A DNA stretch of 64,000 nt from Deinococcales bacterium. GTDB lineage: Bacteria > Deinococcota > Deinococci > Deinococcales > JAAFIG01. Position 1 is the stretch's first letter. Every line of letters begins with the position of its first letter. Position numbers and translations under genes: made by a program. The DNA lies in assembly GCA_043778225.1 (NCBI GenBank), contig JAYWGM010000089.1:1-64000 (forward strand), read 5' to 3'. Below, in pieces: positions 16,688-26,161 of the stretch. Under the pieces are notes generated by a model. It was not told where the DNA came from, searched no databases, and worked only from the letters and a program-made list of their open reading frames with translations.

Positions 16688-18976
16688 ATGTCTGCCCCAG
16701 CCATGTCGATGCCACAAATCCCAGAATTAACCCAGCAGCAAAAAATCTTTACTTTAATTGGTGCTTTTTTAGGGGTGCTGCTTGCCGCCCTTGACCAGAC
16801 GATTGTCGCCACCGCAGGTCCGAGTATCCAAGCCGACCTGAACATCGAAGCCACACTTTTTGGTTGGGTAACGACTGCATACCTTGTCTCGAGTACCGTG
16901 ATGGTCCCGATTTACGGCAAATTGTCCGATATTTTTGGGCGTAAACCGATTCTTTTAATCGGCATTGGCATTTTTTTAGTCGGCAGTGTGCTGTGTGGTT
17001 TTGCCACTGAAACATGGCAAATTATTGCGGCTCGAGGGATTCAGGGGCTGGGCAGTGCTGCCCTTTTTACCAGCGCCTTAGCGATTATTTCTGATATTTT
17101 TCCGCCGACCGAACGCGGCAAGTACAGTGGTTTATTTGGGGCGGTTTTTGGACTTTCGAGTGTGGTTGGTCCGCTTGTCGGTGGTTTTTTAACCGATAAT
17201 TTTTCTTGGCACTGGGTCTTTTTTGTCAATATCCCAGTTGGTGCAATTGCTTTAGGATTTATTCTTTCTAAAATGCCAAACCTTAATTTGGTGCAAAATA
17301 AACCAAGCATTGATTACGCTGGTGCAGCTGCTTTGTTGCTGACGACTATACCGCTTTTATTGGCACTCTCTTTAGGCAAAACCGAAGTCCGTCCCAACGA
17401 GACTGGCTTTTTGTGGGGCAGCCTCGAGATTCTAGGAATGTTTGCGCTTTCCTTTGTTTCTTTAATTGCTTTTATGGTGATTGAACGCCGTGCCAAAGAC
17501 CCGTTGTTGGACTTGGGCTTATTTAAGAATCCAGCTTTTAGCATCGGTAACGCCGCCGCCTTTGTGATTGGGATGGCATTTTTAAGCGCGATTGTCTTCT
17601 TACCAATTTTTATGCAGAACGTGGTTGGATTAAGCGCCACCTCGAGCGGTTTTGCGGGTTTACCATTGGTGATTGGCTTGGTGATTGGCAATGTGCTCAG
17701 TGGGCAATTGGTCAGCCGTTTTGGACGCTATAAGCCACTGATGCTCGGTGGCTTAATCATCATGATGCTTGGCTTTGCGATAGCTGGGTTTACGCTAACA
17801 CCACAAAGCACCTTCTGGGAAGTTTTTCTTAAAATGTTGGTCATGGGTATGGGCTTAGGACCAAGTATTCCGTTGTACACCCTAGCGATTCAAGCGGCTG
17901 CACCTGTGCAAAAAATGGGGGTTGCAACCTCGAGTGCAACTTTTTTTAGACAAATGGGCAGCAGTGTTGGCTTAGCTGTGTTCTTTAGTGTCTTTGGCAA
18001 TGTCTTGTCGCAAAACCTTGCACCTAAACTGGCTGAAGTCACCAAAGATGTACCACCCGCTTTACGCGCCCAATTGACCCAAGGCGGCGGTGGCAGTGTG
18101 GACAGCGAGGGCAGCAACAACCTGCGCTTTGACAGTGAGGGAATTAAAAAAACGGCTTTGCAGAGTATCAACAACACCGAGCGCAACCTCGAGAAAGCCC
18201 TCTTAAAAAATGATTTGGCTGCCTTAAAAGTCTTAGCCACCAATAAACAAATGCCCGAAGCCATGAAAACTCAATTTGCCAAAGCCGTCACGGCTGGTGG
18301 CTTTTGGCAGTACCTCGAGGCTCAAAATCGTGATGTGCAGCTTTTAACGATTCGAGCCCTGCGCGATAACGACCCTGTTGCCAAAACAGCCCTGCTCAAA
18401 AATCCACAAATTCCAAGTCAACTCAAAAAGACCCTAGAAGCTGGTGGTATTGCTGCCCAAGTTCGCCAAAATCTGGATGCGACCTACACCTTAATTGAAA
18501 CCGCGATGAATGCCGAGAAACCCAAAGAGGCGCTGGCTGCCCTCGCCAAAAATCCAAATATCCCCACCCCAATTAAAGCCCAACTGACCAGTATCCCCGC
18601 CGCCGTCCTGACTTATCCAGAGCGCCGCAGCGCTATTTTGGTACAAACTCGGCAGAGCCTTAATGCGGCGACTCCACAGGTGGTTTCGGGGGCAATCAAC
18701 GAAGCCTTGGCAGCCATTGCCAAGAATCAACCACAACCCAAAACCGTAGCGGCTGGCATTTATCAGAGCAGCCTAAAGAGCCTCGAGCGCAACAAAATCA
18801 CAATTCTCGAGACCATAGATAAAGTGGGGACGGCTTTTAAGAGCGTCTTGACCGACAGCATCACGACCATTTATAAACTTGGTATTCTGGTTGCTTTTGT
18901 GGCGTTTTTACTGACCCTTATTTTGCCCGAGATTCCACTGCGAAAAAGTAACTTTGCTGCACCTGCGGCTGAGTAA
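16688..18976 (+). CDS. DHA2/MDR 14-TM MFS efflux pump with a very large soluble insertion
   Basis: LAALDQTIV, GKLSDIFGRK, ARGIQGLG, WHWVFFVNIPVG, FFRQMG. Confidence 0.92.
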   Translation: MSAPAMSMPQIPELTQQQKIFTLIGAFLGVLLAALDQTIVATAGPSIQADLNIEATLFGWVTTAYLVSSTVMVPIYGKLSDIFGRKPILLIGIGIFLVGSVLCGFATETWQIIAARGIQGLGSAALFTSALAIISDIFPPTERGKYSGLFGAVFGLSSVVGPLVGGFLTDNFSWHWVFFVNIPVGAIALGFILSKMPNLNLVQNKPSIDYAGAAALLLTTIPLLLALSLGKTEVRPNETGFLWGSLEILGMFALSFVSLIAFMVIERRAKDPLLDLGLFKNPAFSIGNAAAFVIGMAFLSAIVFLPIFMQNVVGLSATSSGFAGLPLVIGLVIGNVLSGQLVSRFGRYKPLMLGGLIIMMLGFAIAGFTLTPQSTFWEVFLKMLVMGMGLGPSIPLYTLAIQAAAPVQKMGVATSSATFFRQMGSSVGLAVFFSVFGNVLSQNLAPKLAEVTKDVPPALRAQLTQGGGGSVDSEGSNNLRFDSEGIKKTALQSINNTERNLEKALLKNDLAALKVLATNKQMPEAMKTQFAKAVTAGGFWQYLEAQNRDVQLLTIRALRDNDPVAKTALLKNPQIPSQLKKTLEAGGIAAQVRQNLDATYTLIETAMNAEKPKEALAALAKNPNIPTPIKAQLTSIPAAVLTYPERRSAILVQTRQSLNAATPQVVSGAINEALAAIAKNQPQPKTVAAGIYQSSLKSLERNKITILETIDKVGTAFKSVLTDSITTIYKLGILVAFVAFLLTLILPEIPLRKSNFAAPAAE

Positions 18977-18993
18977 AGCTATTTTGTAGAAGC

Positions 18994-19025
18994 AAAAAAG
19001 GCGACCCTTAAAAGTCGCTTTTTTT
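18994..19025. terminator. Bidirectional intrinsic terminator
   Basis: aaaaaaggcgac / gtcgcttttttt between convergent genes. Confidence 0.85.
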
Positions 19026-19995
19026 AATCATTTAAAGCATAATCTCGAGAACCGCCCAAGCCAAGCATTAGGTCTATATTCTGGGCGGCTGCACCCGATG
19101 CGCCTTTGCCTAGGTTGTCGGCTCGAGCCACCAAGAGGACTTGTTTTTTGGCTAAATTAGCAAAAATCATCAGTTCCATTTGGTTTGTGCCGTTAAGGGT
19201 TTCTGGATTTAAGACCGCATTGCTTGGCGCATCAGTCTCGAGCGGCAAAACTGTAATAAAAGGCTGACCGCTATAGTGCTGCTCGAGAACAGCTTGAAGG
19301 TCGGCTGGGTTTGGATTCTTGGGCAGATGACCTAAATGCAACGGAATTTGCACCAACATTCCTTTGTACCACTTGCCAACGGCTGGTGTAAAAATTGGCT
19401 CAGTCTCGAGGTTGGCGTATTTTGTTATTTCGGGCAAATGCTTATGGGCTAAAGACAAACCATAGCCTCGATATGCCCCAGCCAAATGATGTTCGCCGTT
19501 TCCCTCGACAGCATCTATCAGTTGCCGACCACCGCCGCTGTAGCCTTGGACACCTTGGATGCTGAGCGGATAATCGGCTGGGATGATGGCTGCATCCAGC
19601 AACGGACGCAAGAGCGCAATCGCATTTTGGGCATAACATCCGGGGTTGGCGACCAACCGAGCTTGGGCAATACTCGAGGCTTGCTGCGCCACAAGTTCTG
19701 GAAATCCGTAAACCCAATTGGGTGCGGTACGGTGGGCGGTGCTGGCATCAAGAACTCGGACGTTGGGGTTGCTAATCATGGCGACGGCTGCCCGTGCAAG
19801 GTCGTCATGCAGACACAGCACCGCTAAATCCACACTGTTGAGTAAACGTTGCCGCTCGAGTTCGTCTTTGCGCTTGGCTGGGTCTATAGAAACCAACTCA
19901 AGGTCGTCGCGGTTCTCGAGTCGAGCGCGAATTTGCAATCCGGTTGTGCCGGCTTGTCCATCTATGTAAATACGGGGCTTACTCACACCCAACAT
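19024..19995 (-). CDS. argC: N-acetyl-gamma-glutamyl-phosphate reductase (type 2)
   Basis: [42 protein letters not shown]. Confidence 0.95.
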   Translation of the reverse strand: MLGVSKPRIYIDGQAGTTGLQIRARLENRDDLELVSIDPAKRKDELERQRLLNSVDLAVLCLHDDLARAAVAMISNPNVRVLDASTAHRTAPNWVYGFPELVAQQASSIAQARLVANPGCYAQNAIALLRPLLDAAIIPADYPLSIQGVQGYSGGGRQLIDAVEGNGEHHLAGAYRGYGLSLAHKHLPEITKYANLETEPIFTPAVGKWYKGMLVQIPLHLGHLPKNPNPADLQAVLEQHYSGQPFITVLPLETDAPSNAVLNPETLNGTNQMELMIFANLAKKQVLLVARADNLGKGASGAAAQNIDLMLGLGGSRDYALND

Positions 19996-20026
19996 TGTAC
20001 GGCTTGACTGCGTTTATTGGTAAGAC

Positions 20027-20065
20027 TTGACTCGAGCCAAACATCCTGTTATGATTTAGACGTAA
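20027..20065 (+). promoter_or_regulatory. ddrB promoter overlapped by an RDRM (DdrO operator)
   Basis: TTGACT (20027) - 17 bp - TATGAT (20050); 17-bp pseudo-palindrome TTATGATTTAGACGTAA at 20049-20065. Confidence 0.85.
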
Positions 20066-20113
20066 TTTAATCAAGCCGTTCTTCGCCCTTCACCAGAACA
20101 CACAGGAGAAACC

Positions 20114-20617
20114 ATGCCCACCACAATTCACTTCACCACACCGCTCGGCGCAAACATCAGTGTTGAACTCGAGCCTCATGAAACCGCACTGAGCGCACTG
20201 CGAAAACACGGCGCAAGCGGCTGGACAAGCGGCGATGTCGTCAAAAATGGCGGACTGCGCTTGCCACTCGAGAATGCTGAACGCTTTGATTGGCGCTTAA
20301 TTGGCGCAAGGGCTGCCGAACTTCGCAATAACACCACCCAAACTTTAGAGGCTGGTGTTTGGTACAAAGGCGATTTTTATAAACGCCGCGAACTCGAGGC
20401 GCTCGAGACCAAAAAAATGAAATTGGCGGCAGCGATTAAATACTCGCGTGGCGCACGCGACAGCGACCCGCCCGAAATCAAAGAAAAAAGTGGCGAGTTC
20501 GAGTATGTGACCCTAATTTTATTTCGTGGGGCTGGGCATTTACCAGATTACGATGTGCCGCACGAAACAATCGCTCGAATTGATCGAACCAGCCGCCAAA
20601 CGGCGCAGGTGAGTTGA
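20114..20617 (+). CDS. ddrB: Single-stranded DNA annealing protein DdrB
   Basis: GWTSG, FDWRLIGAR, YKRRELEA, KMKL.AAIKYSRGA, GEFEYVTL..FRG match Deinococcus DdrB as I recall it. Confidence 0.9.
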   Translation: MPTTIHFTTPLGANISVELEPHETALSALRKHGASGWTSGDVVKNGGLRLPLENAERFDWRLIGARAAELRNNTTQTLEAGVWYKGDFYKRRELEALETKKMKLAAAIKYSRGARDSDPPEIKEKSGEFEYVTLILFRGAGHLPDYDVPHETIARIDRTSRQTAQVS

Positions 20618-20645
20618 CCTAAAAAATTTGCGATAGAATGTGACC

Positions 20646-20750
20646 ATGAGTCCTTTCTTCTTTCTCAACTGCATGGCAGCCCCTCCACCTCGAGCCAAGG
20701 TAAAACAAAAGTCGGCTGAGCGTGGGGGTGCGTATGTCACGCATTGGTGA
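20646..20750 (+). CDS. Putative leaderless Phe-rich leader peptide MSPFFFLNCMAAPPPRAKVKQKSAERGGAYVTHW
   Basis: TAGAAT-N6-ATG; three consecutive Phe codons; overlaps aroK start. Confidence 0.55.
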   Translation: MSPFFFLNCMAAPPPRAKVKQKSAERGGAYVTHW

Positions 20751-21288
20751 CCCAATAGAAATCGAACGTCCTGTTTCTTGGGTGGCGCTGGTTGGTTTTA
20801 TGGGAACAGGCAAAAGCCGCATCGGTTGGGAGTTATCCAGAGCGCTGGCACTGCATTTTTTTGACACTGATAAAGTGATTGAAAAAGTGGCGGGTTTAAC
20901 CGTGGCACAAATTTTTGAGGCGTATGGCGAACCAACCTTTCGGGCTTACGAGTCCGAAACGGTAGACCGTTGCACCGCCCTTGACCAAGCCGTGATTTCT
21001 TGTGGTGGTGGAACATTTAACAACCCCGAAAACCGCCAGAAATTACTGGCTCGAGGTCCGGTGGTGGCACTTTTTGCCAGCCCAGAAACAATTCTCGAGC
21101 GCACCAAACGCAGCCCACGGGTCTTGCTACAAGTTCCAGACCCCTTAAAAAAAATTCGGGAATTACTGGAAATTAGAAAGCCTTTTTACGACCAAGCACC
21201 AATTCAAGTCTCGACCGATGGGCGTTTGCGCCGTGAAGTGGTGCAAGAAGTGGTCGAAAAACTCGAGGATTGGTACGAAAGTGAATGA
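20734..21288 (+). CDS. aroK: Shikimate kinase
   Basis: LVGFMGTGKS, DTD, GEPTFR..E, ISCGGG, R.PFY. Confidence 0.95.
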   Translation: MSRIGDPIEIERPVSWVALVGFMGTGKSRIGWELSRALALHFFDTDKVIEKVAGLTVAQIFEAYGEPTFRAYESETVDRCTALDQAVISCGGGTFNNPENRQKLLARGPVVALFASPETILERTKRSPRVLLQVPDPLKKIRELLEIRKPFYDQAPIQVSTDGRLRREVVQEVVEKLEDWYESE

Positions 21289-22357
21289 TCAACTAAGCGC
21301 CACACTCAACTTATTTTTTACCCCCGGACTCGGGGCAGTGCGAATCAAAAGCCTGCTTGAGCATTTTGGCAGTGCCGAAGCGGTTTTATCGGCGCGGTTG
21401 CTCGAGTTGCGAGACATCCCCGGTTTAGATAGCGCCAGTGTGGCTGCGATTGGTTCAGAAACAGCCCAGACTCGAGCCAAGACCGAACTTGAACGCGCCG
21501 AGAAAATGGGTTTGACCTTACTCGCTTTATCCGATTTGCGTTACCCAGAAAGTCTCAAAGCCATTTACGACCCACCGCCAATTTTATGGGTGCGCGGTGA
21601 CGTGGCGGTTCTCGAGAATTTAGTAGGCGTGCTGCCGCGCAGTATTGGCGTGGTTGGCACACGCAAAGCCAGCACTTATGCCAAGGCATTTACCCAAAAA
21701 CTTGCCCATGATTTAGCCTTGGTTGGCACAACCGTTGTTTCTGGTTTGGCTCGAGGCATAGACACTGTAGCCCACACAGCCGCCGTCGAGGCGGGTGGCT
21801 CGAGCATTGCTGTTTTGGGCTGCGGCGTGGACACAATTTACCCAGCCGAGAATAAAGCCCTCGCCGAGCGCTTAACCGTGATTTCGGCTTACTGTATTGG
21901 CACACCACCCAACAGCTATAATTTTCCACCACGCAACCGAATTATTGCTGGTTTAAGCAGTGGCAGTGTGGTGGTCGAGGGCGACACCGATAGTGGCGCA
22001 ATGATAACCGCAGTAGCCGCCCTCGAGGCTGGGCGCGAAGTTTTTGCCGTTCCCGGAAGAGCCGGCGACCCCTTGGCTCGAGGTCCACACAAACTGATTA
22101 AACAAGGCGCAACCCTGATTGAATCGGCAGCCGATGTGTTAGAAGCCCTGCGTTGGACAGCTGCTCCGCCCAGACTTTTGCCTCAACTCGAAGGCGACGA
22201 AGCCACAATTTACCAAGCCTTAAACGGCGAACTGCTGCTCGATGATGTATGCACCAAAACTGGTTTTGACTCGTCTCGAGCCACGGTCGCGCTGATGATG
22301 CTGACCCTGAAAAACTTGGTTCTCGAGTTACCAGGTGGGCGCTATGCCAAAGGTTAA
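21281..22357 (+). CDS. dprA: DNA-processing protein DprA
   Basis: YPESLKAIYDPP, VVGTRKAS, VSGLARGID..AH, FPPRNRII, GREVFAVPG; GTG start overlapping aroK end. Confidence 0.95.
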   Translation: MNDQLSATLNLFFTPGLGAVRIKSLLEHFGSAEAVLSARLLELRDIPGLDSASVAAIGSETAQTRAKTELERAEKMGLTLLALSDLRYPESLKAIYDPPPILWVRGDVAVLENLVGVLPRSIGVVGTRKASTYAKAFTQKLAHDLALVGTTVVSGLARGIDTVAHTAAVEAGGSSIAVLGCGVDTIYPAENKALAERLTVISAYCIGTPPNSYNFPPRNRIIAGLSSGSVVVEGDTDSGAMITAVAALEAGREVFAVPGRAGDPLARGPHKLIKQGATLIESAADVLEALRWTAAPPRLLPQLEGDEATIYQALNGELLLDDVCTKTGFDSSRATVALMMLTLKNLVLELPGGRYAKG

Positions 22358-22728
22358 AGTGGGGCGAATAAATCAATGCCGTGTCCATCTGGATCGTGAA
22401 CCACTGCATAACGCTGCCCCCAAAAGGCATCCCAAGGTTCGAGATGCCCATGATACCCAGCCGCAGTCAGCAGCGCGTATTTTTGGTTGACCTCTTCGGG
22501 GTTTGAGCATAAAAAAGCACCAACAGTATGGGCTTGAATACTGGCACTTGGGTCAAATGAACGTATCATCTCGAGGTCGTCCCAAGCAAAACGCAGACCG
22601 TTCTCGAGGGTGATTTCAACGTGTTTTTCGCCCGCTTCAGCTTCGGGGATTTCCCAGCCAAGCAAGCGATAAAATGCAAGGCTACGTGGAATGTTTTCGA
22701 CGACAATACTGATTAGGTCAAGTTTCAT
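22354..22728 (-). CDS. VOC/glyoxalase family protein
   Basis: SLAFYRLLG, EPWDAFWGQRYAVVHDPDG. Confidence 0.9.
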   Translation of the reverse strand: MKLDLISIVVENIPRSLAFYRLLGWEIPEAEAGEKHVEITLENGLRFAWDDLEMIRSFDPSASIQAHTVGAFLCSNPEEVNQKYALLTAAGYHGHLEPWDAFWGQRYAVVHDPDGHGIDLFAPL

Positions 22729-22855
22729 GGTTTCCTTGAGACACAATTTTTTTCTGCTAAAAACATATCAGATTGCTTTAGTTTATGCAAATGATTGCCC
22801 TATTTTGGCAGACGCTTAGACAGTGGTGTAAACTTTTGGCTAAGAAGGTAAATCT

Positions 22856-23689
22856 ATGACTCCGTATAAAGACTTCACAAAACGTTTTGCATTGTTGATT
22901 GCAAAACATCCTGATTTAATAATCACAACCCTAAGCAACATTTTTACGATGCGTTTAATTGGCAATAAAACGCATGGCGATTTAGCAGAAATTGCAATTG
23001 CTGAATTTATCAATCAATATATGTATGATTTTCGGTCAATTCATATTGGCAAAGACTTGTACCGAGCCAAAGAGCGCGAAGAAGATATTCAAGTCATCAA
23101 CGAAATCACCAAAGTTGAATTTCCGATTAGTCTAAAAGCCTATGGTGATGGACCTTTACAGCTTTCTACCGATAAACACTTTGCAATGTTTCCAAAATTA
23201 CAGCAACTTGGCAGGTTGATTGAAGGTAAAACACTTGAGAAATTATGGGATGATACTGCTTTTTTAAGTTTTGGTACGCTCAACATTTTACCGCTTATTT
23301 ACAATGAAAAAGCTCAGAGATGCAATATTCTTGTTTTCGAGGATGAAAAGGCAAAAGAGGCTATTCAAAGAATTATACTTGAGGATTCAGGTAAAGGGCG
23401 TACCCATCCTGTGTATCGTTTTTATGATGCCAACAATAATTATGTTTGTGAAGTTCGTTATGGGAGTGGGACAGCCAATGCTTTGCAACGTGGACTATGG
23501 ACAAATACAAAAAATGGATTACCCTATTTTGAGAGTATTACTGATGGCTGGATAACCTACGCCCATAATACTGTTCTTGTAAAGTTATTTTCCCATGCTT
23601 TACTGGCAACTCAAGAAGGTCACGAGACTGCACTCGAGTCACTAAAACAAAATATTGAATTGCAAAAACAAAAATCGGTATTGCAATGA
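22856..23689 (+). CDS. Putative type II restriction endonuclease
   Basis: AT-rich ORF coupled (ATGA) to a DNA MTase; E..EEDI..ISLK resembles a PD-(D/E)xK core. Confidence 0.6.
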   Translation: MTPYKDFTKRFALLIAKHPDLIITTLSNIFTMRLIGNKTHGDLAEIAIAEFINQYMYDFRSIHIGKDLYRAKEREEDIQVINEITKVEFPISLKAYGDGPLQLSTDKHFAMFPKLQQLGRLIEGKTLEKLWDDTAFLSFGTLNILPLIYNEKAQRCNILVFEDEKAKEAIQRIILEDSGKGRTHPVYRFYDANNNYVCEVRYGSGTANALQRGLWTNTKNGLPYFESITDGWITYAHNTVLVKLFSHALLATQEGHETALESLKQNIELQKQKSVLQ

Positions 23690-24828
23690 TTGCCGACACT
23701 ACAATGCCTTTGTTTGATGAGGTTGTGCTTTCTGCACCTGAGACAGAAGGTATTAAGTATGCTGGGTCTAAACAAAAATTATTACCTTATATTTTGTCGC
23801 TTGCCAAAAAAGTGAAACCAAAAGTGGTACTTGATGGTTTTGCCGGTTCAACAAGGGTTTCACAAGCCTTTGCAAAAACAGGGCATACCGTGATTGCCAA
23901 TGATATTTCTGTTTGGTCGGAAACATTCTTACAGTGCTATTTGCTGAATGACCTGAGTAAAGCACACTATCAGCCTTTGATTGAACACTTGAATAACTTA
24001 CCACCTGTTCATGGTTGGTTTTCCGAACACTATGGGGGTGACTCGAGTACCCATAATTCTGTCAGCGCTGATGGACTTAAAAAACCTTGGCAGTTACATA
24101 ATACGCGGCGCTTAGATGCGATCAGAAACGAAATTGAGTGCTTAAACCTTTTGCAAGTTGAACGTGCTGTGCTGCTGACTAGCTTGATTCATGCGCTTGA
24201 CGAAGTAGACAGTACACTTGGGCATTTTGCTTCATACTTAAACGATTGGTCACCGCGTTCGTTTAAGCCCTTAGAACTTCGAGTGCCAAATTTACTCGAG
24301 AAACAAGCCACGCATCAGGTACACCGCAAAAATATTTTTGAACTTCTGCCAAAGGTTGAAGTTGATTTGGCATATTTTGACCCCCCGTATGGTTCTAATA
24401 ACGAAAAAATGCCACCATCTCGAGTGCGTTACTCGGCGTATTATCATCTTTGGACAACCATTTGTTTACATGACCAGCCACAAACTTTTGGTAAAGCCAA
24501 ACGCAGGGTGGATACGTCCGACACCATAAGCGCTTCGGTTTTTGAAGAATTTCGCCGCAATGACCAAGGCAAACTGATTGCAGTAGATGCCATTAGCCGC
24601 GCAATCGCAGAAGTTCAAGCCAAACATATTTTACTTTCGTACAGTTCGGGTGGTCGTGCCACAAGCGACGAACTACACGAAGTGATTGCTAGGACAGGGC
24701 GTTTACTTGAAGTCATGCAGATAGACCATAAGCGCAACGTCATGGCGGGTATGCGATGGACAAACCAATGGGTTCGTGATGCCCAAAGCTCAAATCTCGA
24801 GTTTCTATTTTTAGTCGAGAAAACCTAA
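23686..24828 (+). CDS. DNA adenine methyltransferase (alpha/D12 class)
   Basis: YAGSK, DGFAGS (motif I), YFDPPY (motif IV), LLSYS in alpha order. Confidence 0.9.
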   Translation: MIADTTMPLFDEVVLSAPETEGIKYAGSKQKLLPYILSLAKKVKPKVVLDGFAGSTRVSQAFAKTGHTVIANDISVWSETFLQCYLLNDLSKAHYQPLIEHLNNLPPVHGWFSEHYGGDSSTHNSVSADGLKKPWQLHNTRRLDAIRNEIECLNLLQVERAVLLTSLIHALDEVDSTLGHFASYLNDWSPRSFKPLELRVPNLLEKQATHQVHRKNIFELLPKVEVDLAYFDPPYGSNNEKMPPSRVRYSAYYHLWTTICLHDQPQTFGKAKRRVDTSDTISASVFEEFRRNDQGKLIAVDAISRAIAEVQAKHILLSYSSGGRATSDELHEVIARTGRLLEVMQIDHKRNVMAGMRWTNQWVRDAQSSNLEFLFLVEKT

Positions 24829-24883
24829 CACCGTAGCTCAACTCCCTTGTCTCGAGCCAGCCCAAAGCCGTAGCCTTAAACCC

Positions 24884-25303
24884 ATGAAGCAATACCCTTT
24901 ACCTGCTGTTGCCGCTTTAATCGCGCATAACAATAAAGTCCTGATTGTCCGAACCCATAAATGGAGCGGACTTTGGGGCGTGCCGGGCGGCAAAATAGAT
25001 TATGGCGAGAATGCCCTGACCGCCTTGGCTCGAGAAATGCGCGAAGAAGTCGGACTCGAGATTCGCAACCCTGTCTATGCGTTTTACTCGGATATTATCG
25101 AAGATACCAATTTTCATAAACCAGCCCATTTTCTGAGCCTCGAGTTTGTGGCGTACTCGGATTCTGACAAGGTAATTATGAATGAAGAAATTGCGGAATT
25201 TGCATGGGTGAGCTTAGAAGAATCTTTTACTTATCCAATTAATTCTTATACCAAGCGTTTACTCGAGTGGTGCGTGGAACACAATTTTCCGAGTGAATCA
25301 TGA
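24884..25303 (+). CDS. NUDIX hydrolase
   Basis: PGGKIDYGE...ALAREMREEVGL Nudix box. Confidence 0.92.
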   Translation: MKQYPLPAVAALIAHNNKVLIVRTHKWSGLWGVPGGKIDYGENALTALAREMREEVGLEIRNPVYAFYSDIIEDTNFHKPAHFLSLEFVAYSDSDKVIMNEEIAEFAWVSLEESFTYPINSYTKRLLEWCVEHNFPSES

Positions 25304-26004
25304 AAACTGCCCTTGTGACCGGCGCAGCCAAAGGCATCGGGCGTGCCATTGCCATACGCCTCGCCAAAGAAGGTTATGACGTGGTGGTGCATTACAATGC
25401 CTCGAGTGCCGAAGCGATTAGCACCTGCGGTGAACTCGAGGCTCTTGGTGTAAAAGCCATTGCCCTGCAAGCTGACCTGCGCGACTCGAGCCAAGCGCAG
25501 AATCTTGTAGAAGCGGCGGCTCGAGAACTTGGCGGGTTGGGTGTACTGGTTAATAACGTTGGGAATTACATTAAAAAACCACTGGTGGATTTAAGTATTC
25601 CAGATTGGCACGAAATGCTCAATAGCAACTTGAACAATACCTTTTACACCTGCCATGCTGCCCTGCCAATCATGCGCGTGCAGGGTTATGGGCGAATCAT
25701 TAACCTTGGCTTTGCAGGCACACAAAACCTGACTGCTCGAGCCACGGTATTGCCTTATGCAATTGCCAAAACAGGCGTGATACTCCTGACCAAAGCCATT
25801 GCCCAAGCCGAAGCTGCTGGTGGAATAACCGCCAATGTTATAAGCCCGGGCGTAATCGAAAATAGTATTTCTAAGCCACTCGAGTTAATACCCGCAGGGC
25901 GACTCGGGACGCTCGAGGAAATAGCCGAAGCGGCATGGTTCTTAACGCAAAATTCGTACATCACCGGACAAGTTCTCGAGGTTGCAGGTGGATTCCAACT
26001 GTGA
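25300..26004 (+). CDS. SDR oxidoreductase (FolM/TmpR-like pteridine reductase)
   Basis: TGAAKGIG, VVVHY, VNNVG, YAIAK. Confidence 0.8.
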   Translation: MKTALVTGAAKGIGRAIAIRLAKEGYDVVVHYNASSAEAISTCGELEALGVKAIALQADLRDSSQAQNLVEAAARELGGLGVLVNNVGNYIKKPLVDLSIPDWHEMLNSNLNNTFYTCHAALPIMRVQGYGRIINLGFAGTQNLTARATVLPYAIAKTGVILLTKAIAQAEAAGGITANVISPGVIENSISKPLELIPAGRLGTLEEIAEAAWFLTQNSYITGQVLEVAGGFQL

Positions 26005-26058
26005 ATTACAGCCGATGTTATGATTGTGTTACGATTCTGTTATGATTTTTGACCCAAA

Positions 26059-26148
26059 CTTACTTGAGACTTGGTGCAAATGATGCAAATGGGTTTGCCC
26101 GAGAAACACGGGGCTGGACGTGCCACCAAGTACACGCGAAAACCCTAG
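26059..26148 (+). pseudogene. Remnant of a C-terminal winged-HTH
   Basis: Reads LT*DLVQMMQMGLPEKHGAGRATKYTRKP*, resembling the T-R-D-L...G.GR.T.Y tail of Fic/AlbA-RecG-type proteins. Confidence 0.5.
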
Positions 26149-26161
26149 AGAAACGTACTTT

